In this document: one piece after another, positions 29,150-41,675 of the stretch
Numbering within the stretch: position 1 is the first letter of the stretch
Layout: each line of letters opens with the position of its first letter
Assembly (NCBI GenBank): GCA_964252035.1
Contig: OZ176213.1
Source of the DNA: Podarcis erhardii
Lineage: Eukaryota
Reading direction: 5' to 3' (one strand)
Length of the DNA stretch: 64,000 nt
Made by a program: the position numbers and the translations under genes
Notes under the pieces: generated by a model
What the model was told of the DNA's origin: nothing
What the model saw: the letters and a program-made list of their open reading frames with translations, nothing else
The model's database searches: none

Positions 29150-29605
29150 TCAACAAAGCGGCTCACAGTTCCCAATTGGCTAAGTACTGCAGGCCTCCTG
29201 TTTTACAAAAGCCAAGCCACGGACTCCCTACTTTTGAAAATTTCGATCCCTGGGGAAGCTTTGGTTATGTGAATGGTGCCACGGAGCTCCTGGGTGGGGT
29301 CTGCAGACCACCAACTGAGAACCACTGGTCTAATCATTCTTTCATGCATCTTCAAGCTCCTGTTACAAAGCTTTTGCTGAAGCGTTGCAGAGCACGTGCC
29401 TCAGTGCGAGAGGCTCTTGTCAGCCGAGCTCTTGCTGACTTGCTCTGAGGCCCTTGGAAGAGGAAGGTGCTCAAAAGCACCACAAGGGCTGGTCAAGCAT
29501 TGGTGTGTCTTTGCAGAGAGAGCTGGGGGCTGCCCAGTGTCCACACCAGATTTAGGGCAGCACAGGGGTTTTCCCCACACAGGACACTGTGCCAAGAGGG
29601 CACAA

Positions 29606-29606
<1 letters not shown>

Positions 29607-29650
<44 letters not shown>
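29607..29650. repeat. (TAA)n microsatellite
   Basis: Direct reading. Confidence 0.95.
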
Positions 29651-29652
<2 letters not shown>

Positions 29653-31174
29653 CTATATCTATACAGGTACATTCTGAGAAGATCTATAAAAAGACAATAG
29701 TACCAGGAAACTGTTCTCTCACAGCACAGGAGACCCTTTCCCCCTGAGCCTAGAAGTTAGCCCCTGGCTCCTTGCAATCTCTGAGACGGTTGCAGAAAAA
29801 TATGTCGCCAGAAGGAGAAAGGAATGGTGATCAGGCAGCCATTACAAAGACTGCAGCCTCACATCACTTATGCCATGCTGGCATGTCTGGTGCTCAGGAG
29901 ACACCTGTGTGGGCTCCTGGGGGCAGGGAATCAGTTCCCCAGAATGGCTTCCTTAGCTGGACAAAGGCAGGGGGCTGGCAGACGTCCCCTCCTTCTTCCA
30001 CAGCTCCCTGACTCATTTGCCACACACAGGCTCTTGCCTCTGGGGTGGCACATGGTGACACTTGCTCAGCCCACGCCATGGCTCTTTGCCATGAGAGCAG
30101 GGGAGCAAAGCCAGCTGCTCGCAGGATACCAGAAGTCCTTTCTTGCGAGCTTCACTCCCAGTGAAACCCAGTGGCCTGGACCAGTGACTCCACCATGTCT
30201 CAAGGACTGTGGCACTTGCTGGCCAAGGAAAGCGTTCTCTTCTGATGTGAGGGCAAAGAGGAACTCTCTGATCTGAACGCTGTGCCTTGAGTGGCTACAT
30301 GCTAAGTCACAGGCAAAATCTCTTGCTTCAGATGTGAAGGGGTTCAGATGTGATGCTTCTGCCCATCTATCTCCAGGGTGCTGATTCACACAATCCACTA
30401 ATTAGCACCAGAGATGGTCCCATTAGCATTGAAAGCGAGTCCAGTGCTAACAAACAAGGCCCCTGCAGAGCAGCAGATCATCTGCCTTGCCTTCTCCAGC
30501 TCTCCTAATGGCACCCTTCGGTCTGCTTAGGATGGTTTCCTGAGAAGGGGGTTTGAGTCAGCACTGGCTTCCCATTGACGTCAGCTAGAAAAGGCTCTAC
30601 TATAGGGATACTCAGCACTTGAGCAGTTTGGGGGCTGATCCGGCCCACCTCTGATGGTGCTTCGGAGCATCACAGGAAAACACCTCCATAGAAATATATA
30701 TATACATGGGGAAAGCACTCCAGAGAGCTGTTGCTGCCAAATGCAAACTGGGGCAAAGAGATTGGTAGAGAAAACAAAAGCATCAGCTGGGAGCATTGCA
30801 AGAGAGCAGCAATTGCTTTTTATCACACACAGCACACTGAGAAAGGGCTAGGCAACACCTGGGCTTCTGCAAAAGAGAAAGGGTGAAATGTGCTTAACAC
30901 ATTGCAAAGCTATCACATAAATGGCCCTCATAAATTGTTTCCAAGCTAATGCTTAATTTTGCATTCCAGGAGGTTTGGGAAGGGAATAACTAAATATGTT
31001 GATAGCCTAAAATGTGAAGGCACACTGGCAGATGACAAAGGGGAGAACGCTGGGGAAATGAGCAAGTAAACGCTCTGGGGGAAACTCCAGCAACCTGGAA
31101 TCAATGGCTGCCGACTGCACTCGTCTTCCTAGGATCAAGCAAGCGGGCAGCTGCCGCTTATGCATCTCCCTACT

Positions 31175-31220
<46 letters not shown>

Positions 31221-31475
31221 CCGCCCTTCATCAAGAGATCCTGGGGCCGCAGTTCACAGTACAAAAGACAACATAAATAATTAAACCAACAAAACAAAGC
31301 ATTAACACCTCCACCATTTATCTCCTCCATTCCCAGTTGCGGGATTCCTGTAATATTTTCTTTCGGGGGTGGAGAGGAAGCTGTTTGATATGCTGCTGCT
31401 GCTGGGGGTGGGAGGGGGCTTCTGCCTGCCCCCTTCCTGACTTCAGTGGGAAGGGAGGGAGTGAAAGGTCCTCTG

Positions 31476-31477
<2 letters not shown>

Positions 31478-31522
<45 letters not shown>

Positions 31523-31895
31523 CTTTTATTTATACCCTGCCCTCCCCAGCCAAGACCGGGTTCAGGGCGGCTAACACCAGTATAAAAAAAATTGATTGAA
31601 ATACAACTTAAAAACAAGATTAAAATACAACATTAAAATGCACCCTCATTTCAGTAGGAACTCAAATAAAAACTTTTTGGGGGATGAAAACGTCAAGTCT
31701 TCACCAAGGCCAGCTATCCAGACTGATCCTATGTGGGCCAGAAAAAAGCCAGGGAAGTCCCCAAATAGGAGTTTCATCACAGAAGGAGAAAGGAAAAAGG
31801 AAGAGGGGGAGGGGATCAATTTGATTCCAAGCCAAAGGCCAGGGGGAACAACTCTGTCTTACAGGCCCTGCGGAAAGAAATCAGAAAGAAATGAC
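31478..31895 (-). mobile_element. L2-like LINE 3' end with (TTA)n tail
   Basis: (ATT)n followed by TTTATACCCTGCCCTCCCCAGCC...GGGCGGCTAACA, the reverse of the L2-type 3' end seen at 4310-4392. A similar smaller fragment lies at ~31176-31300. Confidence 0.6.
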
Positions 31896-32205
31896 ATTTG
31901 CCTTGGAGATGGATTCCCAAGGGCAGAGAAAACATTCAGAGTGAACCGTGTTCCAGACACAGCTATTGTCCCCAAAGAGTTTCTGTGCCTTTAGATTCAG
32001 GAACAGGATAATATTTGATGTGTGAAGAAACCTTGGCACCTGATTAGTGCGACTGACAGAGGGGGTTCTCGGTTCTTTTACTGACTATCCAGACCAGGCT
32101 ACAAGTCTTTATGGGGATTTGCTGAAGAAATTTCTGGTTAACTATATAATCCAAGGGCTATGGCTGCCCTGTAATGTCACACTCCCATCCATGGGCAGAA
32201 GCTAT

Positions 32206-32241
<36 letters not shown>

Positions 32242-32874
32242 TACAATTTATAGGCAGCTGAATTGCAAAAAGAAAAAGAAAATAAGCACACCTTGAAGCA
32301 GTTTACAGAAAGATTTTTTGAAAATATGATCGAGAGAAAAAAAATCACAATTCTACTTCAAAATGTGCAAAAGTTAAAATATGAAAGCAGACAAAAATTA
32401 CCTCAACTTTCTAAGTATCTGGATAGGTTTGTCTAAACAGGACTAAAGACCTCCAAAGTGCATTGATCTCATACAATGACTTAACAGAGCTTGGGATGGA
32501 GCATTTCTTAGTGAACATTCATATTATACAAAAAAAAATAAGGATCCAAATAAGTTTAGCCGACATTGGGCTTTATTTTCAATCACTGGAACCCAAGAAT
32601 TCAAGGTCATGTCCCACTTTATTCTTCATTCTCATATATATGAAGTTCTTCCTTAACGAAACATTTTGTTCTCTGCTGTATTGTTTTACTGTTCTTATAT
32701 TGTAATTTCTTTCTCTTTTCTGTTAGGAAACATGTGTGAATAAATCGATTTAGTTCTCTCTGAAGGCAAAGGAGACCCTGAGAGGGTTTTGAAGGCCATG
32801 GCAAAGGGGTGTGTGGAAGCTCTCCTGGGGGGTTGTTGTGAAAGGCACCTTCAACCTAATGTAGTCTTCTAGGG

Positions 32875-33126
32875 CATGGGTAGGCAAACTAAGGCCCGGG
32901 GGCCGGATCTGGCCCAATCACCTTCTGAATCCAGCCCACGGACGGTCTGGGAATCAGCGTGTTTTTACATGAGTAGAATGTGCCCTTTTATTTAAAATGC
33001 ATCTCTGGGTTGTTTGTGGGGCATAGGAATTCGTTCTCTTTTTTCCCTTCAAAATATAGTCCGGCCCTCCACAAGGTCTGAGAGACAGTGGACCGGCCCC
33101 CTACTGAAAAAGTTTGCTGACCCCTG
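32875..33126. mobile_element. hAT-type MITE, 252 bp
   Basis: CATGGGTAGGCAAACT...AGTTTGCTGACCCCTG. Perfect 8-bp TSD TTCTAGGG at 32867-32874 and 33127-33134. Confidence 0.9.
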
Positions 33127-33718
33127 TTCTAGGGGCTCAGCCTTCAAGGTAAAGGCAAAAGGGAGAAAGCAGCCAAGTCTTCTTGAGTTAAAAAAAGAGA
33201 TGAATATTCTATTTACGAAAGTATAGAGCAAATAAAATTAGAGAGGGACAATCAATAGAAGTTCTTGCCAAGGAATTTCAGGCCTGGCTGCAATCAATAA
33301 GCCAGACGCCCAAGCGGTCGGGGGGTGGGGGGGTTGCTCCTGATCACACTTATGCAAGTCAGTTTGGAGAGAGAATGGGGGAGGCAGCAAATAAATGGGC
33401 GAGGGGGGAGAAACCACCAGCAAACATGGATCAGAATGATGCTCTGCATTGCACGGTGTGGACTGGAAGACCCCCTCCAATCTACAGCTCTATGATTCCA
33501 TTCTACAGGTGGCTGGGGAGGGGTAGATCTTGGGCGGGTATGTCTTCTACTTTTTCTTTCTGGTCTCAGAAACTCTCAGCTGTTGAAATCGTACAGCTGG
33601 AAACTTACACCGGATGAATTGGGGATTTCAGTTTCCCTTGCACAAATATTGAGCAGGGAAGTTAGAAGCGCAGTTTGACGTGGCCCAAATCTTTGCAAGC
33701 ACAATCATTTTTATTTTA

Positions 33719-34052
33719 CAGTGGTGCCCCGCAAGACGAATGCCTCGCAAGACGGAAAACTCGCTAGACGAAAGAGTTTTCCGTTTTGGAGGTGCTTCGC
33801 AAAACGAATTTCCTATGGGCTTGCTTCGCAAGACGAAAATGTCTTGCGAGTTCCTGTGGGTTTTTTTTCCTCCCCACCCTTTTCTAATCTGCTAAGCCAC
33901 TTATCCGCTTAGCCGATAAGCCGCTAAAAGCCGCTAAACCGCTAATAGCGCTAATCCGCTAAGCCGTCAATGGGCTTGCATCGCAAGACGAAAAAACCGC
34001 TAGACGAAGAGACTTGCGGAACGGATTCTTTTCGTCTTGCAAGGCACCACTG
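33719..34052. mobile_element. Tc1/mariner-type MITE, 334 bp
   Basis: TA|CAGTGGTGCCCCGCAAGACGAA ... TTCGTCTTGCAAGGCACCACTG|TA, a 20/22 inverted match. Internal AAGCCGCT-like repeats at ~33890-33965. Confidence 0.9.
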
Positions 34053-35624
34053 TATTTTTAAATTTCTCTAGGGGCTGCATATACATATACATATGTAACA
34101 GGCTATATGATATTGTGAGTGGAATACCTTCCCTACTGAAGTGACTCTTTCGCCCTCATCAGTAACTTTAAGGGAAACTCTAAAAACATGAACTCCTCTG
34201 GCTGTCTGATCTGTTCTTGGCAACCCTGAAATTATTAGCTGTCCATGCAGGAGACTATGTTTTTTAGTAGTTTTTAACCAGCTTTTTAGAAGACTTTAAA
34301 CTGTTTTTATAAATTTTAATTGCATTTGCTGCTCTGGGCTCCTTCGGGAAGGAAGGGTGAGATGTAAAATAAATAACTCAATTAAATAAATGTGCATATG
34401 TAAAACAGGCTCAGGTAAGGGTGGTTGAAGCCTTGGTGCTACACTAATTCGCAGGGTGGTGTATCATATCCAGAAAAACACGTGGCTTTATAGGACAAGG
34501 ATAAACTACTCTGGTTAAAGGAAGCAGAATTTGATGTCTATTCTATGATAGAAGTCTCTTTTTGGAGCTATTTTATGCCTTCTTCTACATCTTCACAACA
34601 GCCATGTGAGGTACGTTAGGCTGAGTGTTGACGACTGACCCAAGTTAAGATGTGAGAGGGAAAAAAGGGTTTAAGATAAGAAATTGCACGTGCTCAGAGC
34701 ATTTTCTGGTTATTAAAGTTACTAAAATGTTGTTAGTTTGTGTTTTGAAACTGCACATGCTCAGAGAATATTTCTTGTAGTCCATAAAACTTATTTAATA
34801 ATACATTTGTTAAGTTTTTCAGATAAATGCATTCCTTTTGGAAGGGAGGGGGTGTGTCTTATTTTGGGAATGGCACTAGCCCCCTCCCATCTTAATCCAG
34901 CCTTGAACCGTCTCCAAAGGCAGCCATAGTTCAACCTTCTTGTGAGGACAAACCAACAAATATTTAGAACATAGCAAAAAGCTATCCAAAAAGATAGAAA
35001 GCAATCAAACTGCAAGTTGGGGCAGGCTCTCCTATCCCTTTGCACCAGAATTTCTTGGGCAATTTCATTTTGCGGGCATTATTTCCCCCAATTGCCTGCT
35101 TCTGGATTTCCTTACACACACTGTCGAGAGACAGGCAGCTCCAGACCTCAGAAGGGCCTCGTTTCACGTTGTGCTTCGCCTTCCTCGTGGAGCCACTGTG
35201 TGGCTTCCAGCACACGGCCAGCAGATGCTTCCCTTCAGCTGCTTGCACAGCCCCCCCCCCTCAGGTGCCTCTCCTGAGCAGTTAATTTAGAAGCCAGCCA
35301 TGTGCGTGAGCCACATGTGCCATTGGTTGCAAGGAATCTGCTATGGAATCCATGATTTCCCAGAGCCAAATGCTGCTTTCATTTTCAGTCTGCCACGGCC
35401 CAACTTCTAAGGCAGAGCTTTCCAAACGGCGTGTTGCGTTAGTGTGTCGGCTGTAGTGGGCAGGTGAGTTGTGCGAACGCTACCTGCACTCCTCCCGGGG
35501 TTGGAAAGGGGTTAGCTTAACCTCTGGTTTGCTAGAAAAACTGAATTACTGTATTGCAAAATGTCTAAAAAGTGTGTCACCGACATGGAAAGCTTGGAAA
35601 GCTCTGTTCTTAGGGGAAGTATTG

Positions 35625-35664
<40 letters not shown>

Positions 35665-36106
35665 ATGGATGTGCTAGGAGTAGCCACCTCCTTATCTGAC
35701 TGAGTGCTTGCTATACAAATGTGGTCAGCCCTAGACCACTGGCACTGGGGGCAGAGAGAGAAGATGCTGAATGGACCTCTTAGAGCTGGGTGGACCTCAC
35801 ATGCACCCAGGGGAGGTTCTTCAGCTGCTGGCCACCTGCAATCTCTTGCTTGACATTCCTCCCAGAACAGACATGGAGACAATGGAGAGAAGAGAAGGAG
35901 CACACTTCGTTCTCGATTCAGCAAGATGACCACACAGGAGACAACTTCAGGAAGCCTCCGACTTTCATAACGGGTAGCCAGCAGAAACAGCACAGCATCC
36001 AACAGAAGGCGTTAAATACTTTGGTGAATACTCTCCCCTCCCCCCCCCATTTAAAGGAAGCCAACCCGCCCCTTGAAGAAACATGCTAAGCAGCCCCCTC
36101 TCCTAC

Positions 36107-36178
36107 CATCTCCTCATTGTCGATTGATGTCCGGATGACCATGGCTAGAGAGATCCCAGACTTCCGGGTTGCAAGGGT
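36107..36178 (-). CDS. UNC13C: UNC13C coding exon, 72 nt, [24 protein letters not shown]
   Basis: cttctgccttccacag|ACC CTT GCA...GAG GAG ATG|gtagga. Resembles human [24 protein letters not shown]. Phase 0/0. Confidence 0.95.
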
Positions 36179-36202
36179 CTGTGGAAGGCAGAAGTACACA
36201 GA

Positions 36203-36888
36203 AGATATAAAATTTACAGAAAATGATATAAAAATGATATTATCGATGTTATCTACTGTATTACCAAGTAAATTGGCAAAAATATATAAAGCTAAATCAG
36301 GTAAGTGTGGGAAATGTAAAGAAGGTTCTTTTTATCATATGTGGTGGTCTTGTAGTAAGGATAAAACTTACTGGGAAGTGAAATACAATGTATTGAAAAA
36401 GATGTTTAAAATAACGTTTGCAAAACAGAAGCTTTTCTTTGGGAATTATAGGGACAGAACTACCCAAACTGCATAGAAATTTATTCATGTATGTGACTCC
36501 AGCGGCAAAAGTGGGAAGATGAAGAAGTCCCAGCAAAAGAAGAATGGAGACAAAAACTTGCGGAATATGCAGAAATGGCAAAACTTACTGGAAAAATAAG
36601 AAATCAAGGTAACAAACTTTTTATAAAGGAATGGAAATGATTTATGGAATATTTATGAACAAACTGTAAACAGATAAGAACATTGGCAGGATTATTGTAA
36701 TAACCTGCAGTTTTATAAGAGTAAATATTTAAGGTAGATGAATAAATGAGCAAATTAAGTTAATTTGGATATGCAGAAAATATTAAAAATAATTTTAAGG
36801 AACCGCAGAAAGAAGGGGAAGGAAGTCAAGTTTTGAAATGTTAAAATGATTATAAAATTATTGAAATCTATAAAACTGAAAATCATAA

Positions 36889-36890
<2 letters not shown>
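36203..36890 (+). mobile_element. 5'-truncated L1 (ORF2 C-terminal Cys-rich end plus 3' UTR)
   Basis: The translation KLAKIYK..SGKCGKCKEGSFYHMWWSC matches the L1 ORF2 C-terminal CxxC...HxWWxC motif. It has a G-rich GGGGAAGGAAGTC 3' UTR. Probable TSD TACACAGA at 36195-36202, with the right copy expanded to (CA)n at 36891-36928. Confidence 0.85.
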
Positions 36891-36930
<40 letters not shown>

Positions 36931-37283
36931 CACTGACATGGGCAACCATGGCTGATGAAGGGCTGGATGAAGCAGGAAGGTGTGTATTTGGGGAGTCTTA
37001 TTCAGGCGGGTGGGGAGCAGGGTAAGCCTGAGGTAACAGACCTGCGCCCATTTTAACTGCTCAGAGAATATTTCAGCTCACCCCCTCTGCCTTGCACTTC
37101 TCCTGCCCAACAATATCTCTTCCAACACTGTATAATCTCTAGGACCAAGATGAAAAAAACCAAAACCCTTTACTGAAGTATTAAGCCTTGTCAGTTGAAT
37201 TTCAAGGCAAAACTGCGATGGTGCCAACTGAATTTAAATAATATACAACTTGCTTCTGGCTCCATTAAAACATCTAAATCCAA

Positions 37284-38910
37284 GGACTTCCGGGTTGGCG
37301 CCATCGCCGAATGGCGGACTCCCTCCGAGCTCCGGAGGGAGCCTGCTCGGCAGGGGCTGGGTTCTACCGCGCCGGCGACGCGGGGACCCTCAAAAACCAT
37401 GGGCGCTGAAACCCATGGGCATGGTGACTCGGCGGGCACCGTTTGCGCCCCCCCGACCACGCGAAGGAGCCTTTTTAAAGGCTACGGAGCGGGTGACAGG
37501 GGGGTGGTGGTGCTGTGAGTCCTCCGCTTCCCCTGCCGAGTGAAGCCGCATGCCATTTGGCGGAGAGCGCTGACTTCTTCCATTGAAAATCTGGACTTAA
37601 AAGAATAACCCGTGAGTAATTGGAACTTGGATTAAAAAGGGGAACAAATTTTTTCTTAAATTCGGAGCGAGCGAGGGAGGTGCAAAAAGGAAGTCAGCCT
37701 CCCCCCTGTTGTAGAGGAGCTAAAGCAAAGGACCTGACAACTAAGATCGAGTGCAACCTTTTTTTTTTGATAAAAGTTATTAATTTCGCGATGGAAAATT
37801 ATAAGCTGGGCTGGAGGAGAAAAGTGGAATATGAATTAAAATACAACCCCCCCCCCCGAAAAACCCCGGGAGCGATCCGTGAGAGCGCCGGGAGAGGAGA
37901 AATAGAGGTTTTGACAGCTGTCAAAGGAGCTGCCAAAACTGAAGAACAAAAAGAGAACTTTGTTACGAGGACTTTGCTGGTTACATTTGTTATAAATTGG
38001 ATATAAACTGTTTAAAACAAGGAATAATAAGTTACTTTGACTGGTGGGTGTGATCGGGAAGGAAACTGAGTTATTATAATCCCTCTAGAGGAGCTGTGGG
38101 TCATTACAAGTATTGCTGGCATGGAATTTGAATCGGACTTTTTATCTCCTGGGAAACTGCAGAAATGGAACACTATTTTGTCTACAGAGGTCTACACACT
38201 AAAGGAGACAATAGATTTATCTATTGAAGAATGGAAGGGACTTGACGTAATGTTTTGTTCCTGAATAACAAAGCCTCTGTAGAGGAATTACAAGCTTTTT
38301 GGAATTAGAACATTTGTGCAGGAGAGCAGGGAAAAAGAAAAAAAAAGAGGAGAAGAGAGAACAACAAGAACAACAAGAATAACAAGAACTGGACAAAGTT
38401 GGAAGATAGACCCCTTCCAAGATTGGACATTCGAAATCAAAGATGACCAAAAGACGGCAAAGACTATTAAAAAGACGGCAAAGCGGACTGGTGAAGGACT
38501 ATGGCTTAGATGTGGGAGCTCCAGGATGACAGTAGACATTGACGGACATTGGGAACGCAACCGGGAAAGGGGGGAGGGAAATTTGGAATCCAAAGGGTGT
38601 TAAATTACATTTTATTCTTTTTTCTATTTTTTTATGTTAATCTGTATTGTATACTAAAGAGGGGAACTCGTGGAAGGGAACAGGTCGATTTTAGGGGATG
38701 GGAAAATATTTTTTAAATTGGGTTAATTATAATAACTTTAAAACTTGGGGTAAGAATTTGCTGAATCTATTTGAAAGAACTGGAATACAAGAGGGGGAGG
38801 GGAGGGGAAGTCCTGGAAAGATGACATTGAAAACAAGGCCTTAAATTTGGATGTTTTTCTTTTCTGTTATATTTGAAAATTTTTAATAAATATTATTTAA
38901 AAAAACACAA
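37284..38910 (+). mobile_element. Full-length retroposon without a long ORF, L1-like termini (copy A, 1627 bp)
   Basis: Starts GGACTTCCGG with a CpG-rich head. AATAAA at 38885-38890 and an A-rich tail. Perfect 17-bp TSD AAAACATCTAAATCCAA at 37267-37283 and 38911-38927, with TT|AAAA at the left site. Confidence 0.9.
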
Positions 38911-40834
38911 AAAACATCTAAATCCAATTGTGAGTGTTGAAAACAGCAGGATTCAAATGAAAGGTGCACCAAGAAGAAACTTTACCCTGCCAAGCACAGA
39001 GTTAGGCGGATTAATCCCACCACCCACAGGGTCTACAGGTTGTCCTGGGAGAGACGCAATCTGTCTGCCAGTTCCCTTGCAGAAACTCTCTTACAAAAAG
39101 GAGTGGATTTCGGCCAGAGGAAGGGTCTCTAACAGAACCACTGGCATGCCTTGAAGGATATTAAAACAAAACAAAACAAAAAAACCCAAAACATACCCTG
39201 CTCTTGCTAGTCTGCCCTGCTGCCTTGATCCCAAGGTGAACAACAGGCAGACAGATCCAGTTGCATAGCCCCTCTCAGTCCTGGGAATTTGCCTGCTCCA
39301 AGTTCAGCTCAACAGCATTGTGGGATTTACAGATCTGGTTGTGAGCTGACTCAAGGCTACCTTAACACTAGAAACTCCTCACAATCTTTTCTTTGTGGGG
39401 ACAGTTCACAGAGCTGTGCTACATGTCCTCAACCATGTTTGGCTCTTGGAAACCCACCCTCTTCACACCTGGCAACGCAGAAAAGGCGGAGAACCTGGGC
39501 TGACCTACTGCAAGAACGATGGGAAACAAGTCAACCGAATTCAACGGCCGTATTTCAGAGGATTGTGAATGTTCTTCATAATCACAAATCACAATTGAAA
39601 AGGGCCGTTTCACAGCATGAAGCATTTTGTATCAACCATTTTCATGTGCACTAAAGATAAAAATGGTCCAAGGCAGAAAGCTGCTATTAGCCCCAGATTC
39701 ACGTGATTGTTTACTCCAATCCTGTATTATTAATGCTGCATTGAGAGCGGTATCATCCTGCTCAGAGTTGCTCTCCCCATAAGCAGGACCATTGGGGGAC
39801 TTGGATGCCAACAGCTTGGCTCTGGCTTAAGTGAGTCGTGGGCAGCAGAAGCCCCTACACTGGAGGCCGAGAGTTCGGATGACGGTGAACTAATGGCCTT
39901 GCTTTAATATTGCTCGCCATTTAAATTGCCTATATTTTAATAAAGCCTCTCAGTGTCTCTCTCTTCTTCCGTCTGCCCAATTTTCAATGTCTCCCTTGAC
40001 AATAGCTAAACTTGCAGAGGTGTATAATATGATTAACGCCATGAAACTAATTATGATGTAAGAAAGAACCTTTGGCACGGTCGTATTTGGTTTGGTTCAT
40101 TATCAGTGTGTGACGGTTAATAAATGAATCTCACAAGTTACTGTTTGCAAACTCTCAGCAATTTGGTGGGATCATGACGCTAATTCACAATTAATTTCCT
40201 CGGCTAACCATTAATAATGAAATAACTCTGTTTGCTTGTCAGCTTCCATCTCTCTCTTTTATTCCAATCAACGCAGCACATTCATGTACAGAAATTACAC
40301 AGATTAGCTTTTCCGCAACAAAGGGAGAGATAGTGAGCAGGCCGGATGATGATTCAGGCCCCCAAACAAAGGCTTAACTGCCCAATTTCAGCCCTCAAAG
40401 CACCACTCCTGGAATGCTGGGTGTGTGTGACTTTTGAGAGATGCCACAAGGATGGATGCTGCCTAGGGACCCTGTGGGGAAGGGAATGGGATGGACCCAG
40501 AGAACTGTGTCTGAGAATCCAAGGGAGTTTTAGACTTGTGTTTGTTGCCCCCCCCCCACCTGCATGGTAACTCCATTTTGAAGCTGAGGGGAGTTGCAAA
40601 AGTTGTTTGTGATGAGGCATGGAGTTGGGGAGAGGTCTGCCAAAGTTCATAATCTCTTGGCTTGAAATATGCATCTTGATGATTCATAATGCTCACCTTC
40701 AAACTGAGGGGACTCACTGAGGTCCCAGAGTGTTTCCCTCGCTTAGATTTCAAGCTGAGTTAGAAAACCCCTAACCCGATACAGGATTGCCTTCAGATGC
40801 CTTCTAAAAGTCAGATAATTGTTTATTTCCTTGA

Positions 40835-41125
40835 CATCTGATGGGAGGGCGTTCCACAGGGCGGGTGCCACTACTGAGAAGGCCCTCTGCCTGGTTCGCT
40901 GTAACCTCACTTTTCACAGTGAGGGAACTACCAGAAGGCCCTTGGAGCTGGACCTCAGTGTCCAGGCTGGATGATGGGGGTGGAGACGCTCCTTCAGGTA
41001 TACTGGGCCAAGGCCATTTAGGGCTTTAAAGGTCATCACCAATACTTTGAATTGTGCTCAGAAATGTACTGGGAACCAATGTAGGTCTTTCAGGATTGGT
41101 GTCATATGGTCTCAGCGACCATATG
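40835..41125 (-). mobile_element. L2-clade LINE fragment
   Basis: Reverse complement encodes LHWFPVHF*AQFKVLVMTFKALNGLGPVYLKERL, homologous to 3731-3919. Confidence 0.8.
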
Positions 41126-41675
41126 GGACAAATGCATAGGTGCAGAAGAGGAGGGGGTTTTTCGGGGACGACGACAAAAATCCCATTGAACCCTACTATG
41201 TCCATCTCTCTCTGTGAGTGGGGGTGCTGCTTGGGGGTGCTGTGGGTGTTGCAGTTAGGCTGCAACTCAAGGAAGTTTATTTAGATGCCATCCAGGCTCA
41301 CAGCACCTCCTCTGGTGCTTTGGAAAGTACGACAGAACCACCAATAAATTCAAAAGGTAAAAGGTTAGTCAGAGAAATCTTTTCACCCTCCAGGGCTTGC
41401 ATGGACTGTTAACGATTATATAAAACCAGCAACCACGAAACAGCGGCACATTTCCCTTCAGAGAGATGTGGAGCCTTTCGTGACGCTCTTGCTGCGCAGA
41501 TGGCAGGCCCCTCAAAGGATTCCACCTGAACCAAGTGGACAGTGTGGGAGGATGGGGAGAGAGCTGGGAGAGGGCTCCATGTTGCCAGAAAGGGTCTCTA
41601 AAAAGGGGGGGCACTAGAACCCGCAGGAGACAGAAGCTGGTTTGGGGGGTTGCTATGTCTCGCGCCCTCAGATCG

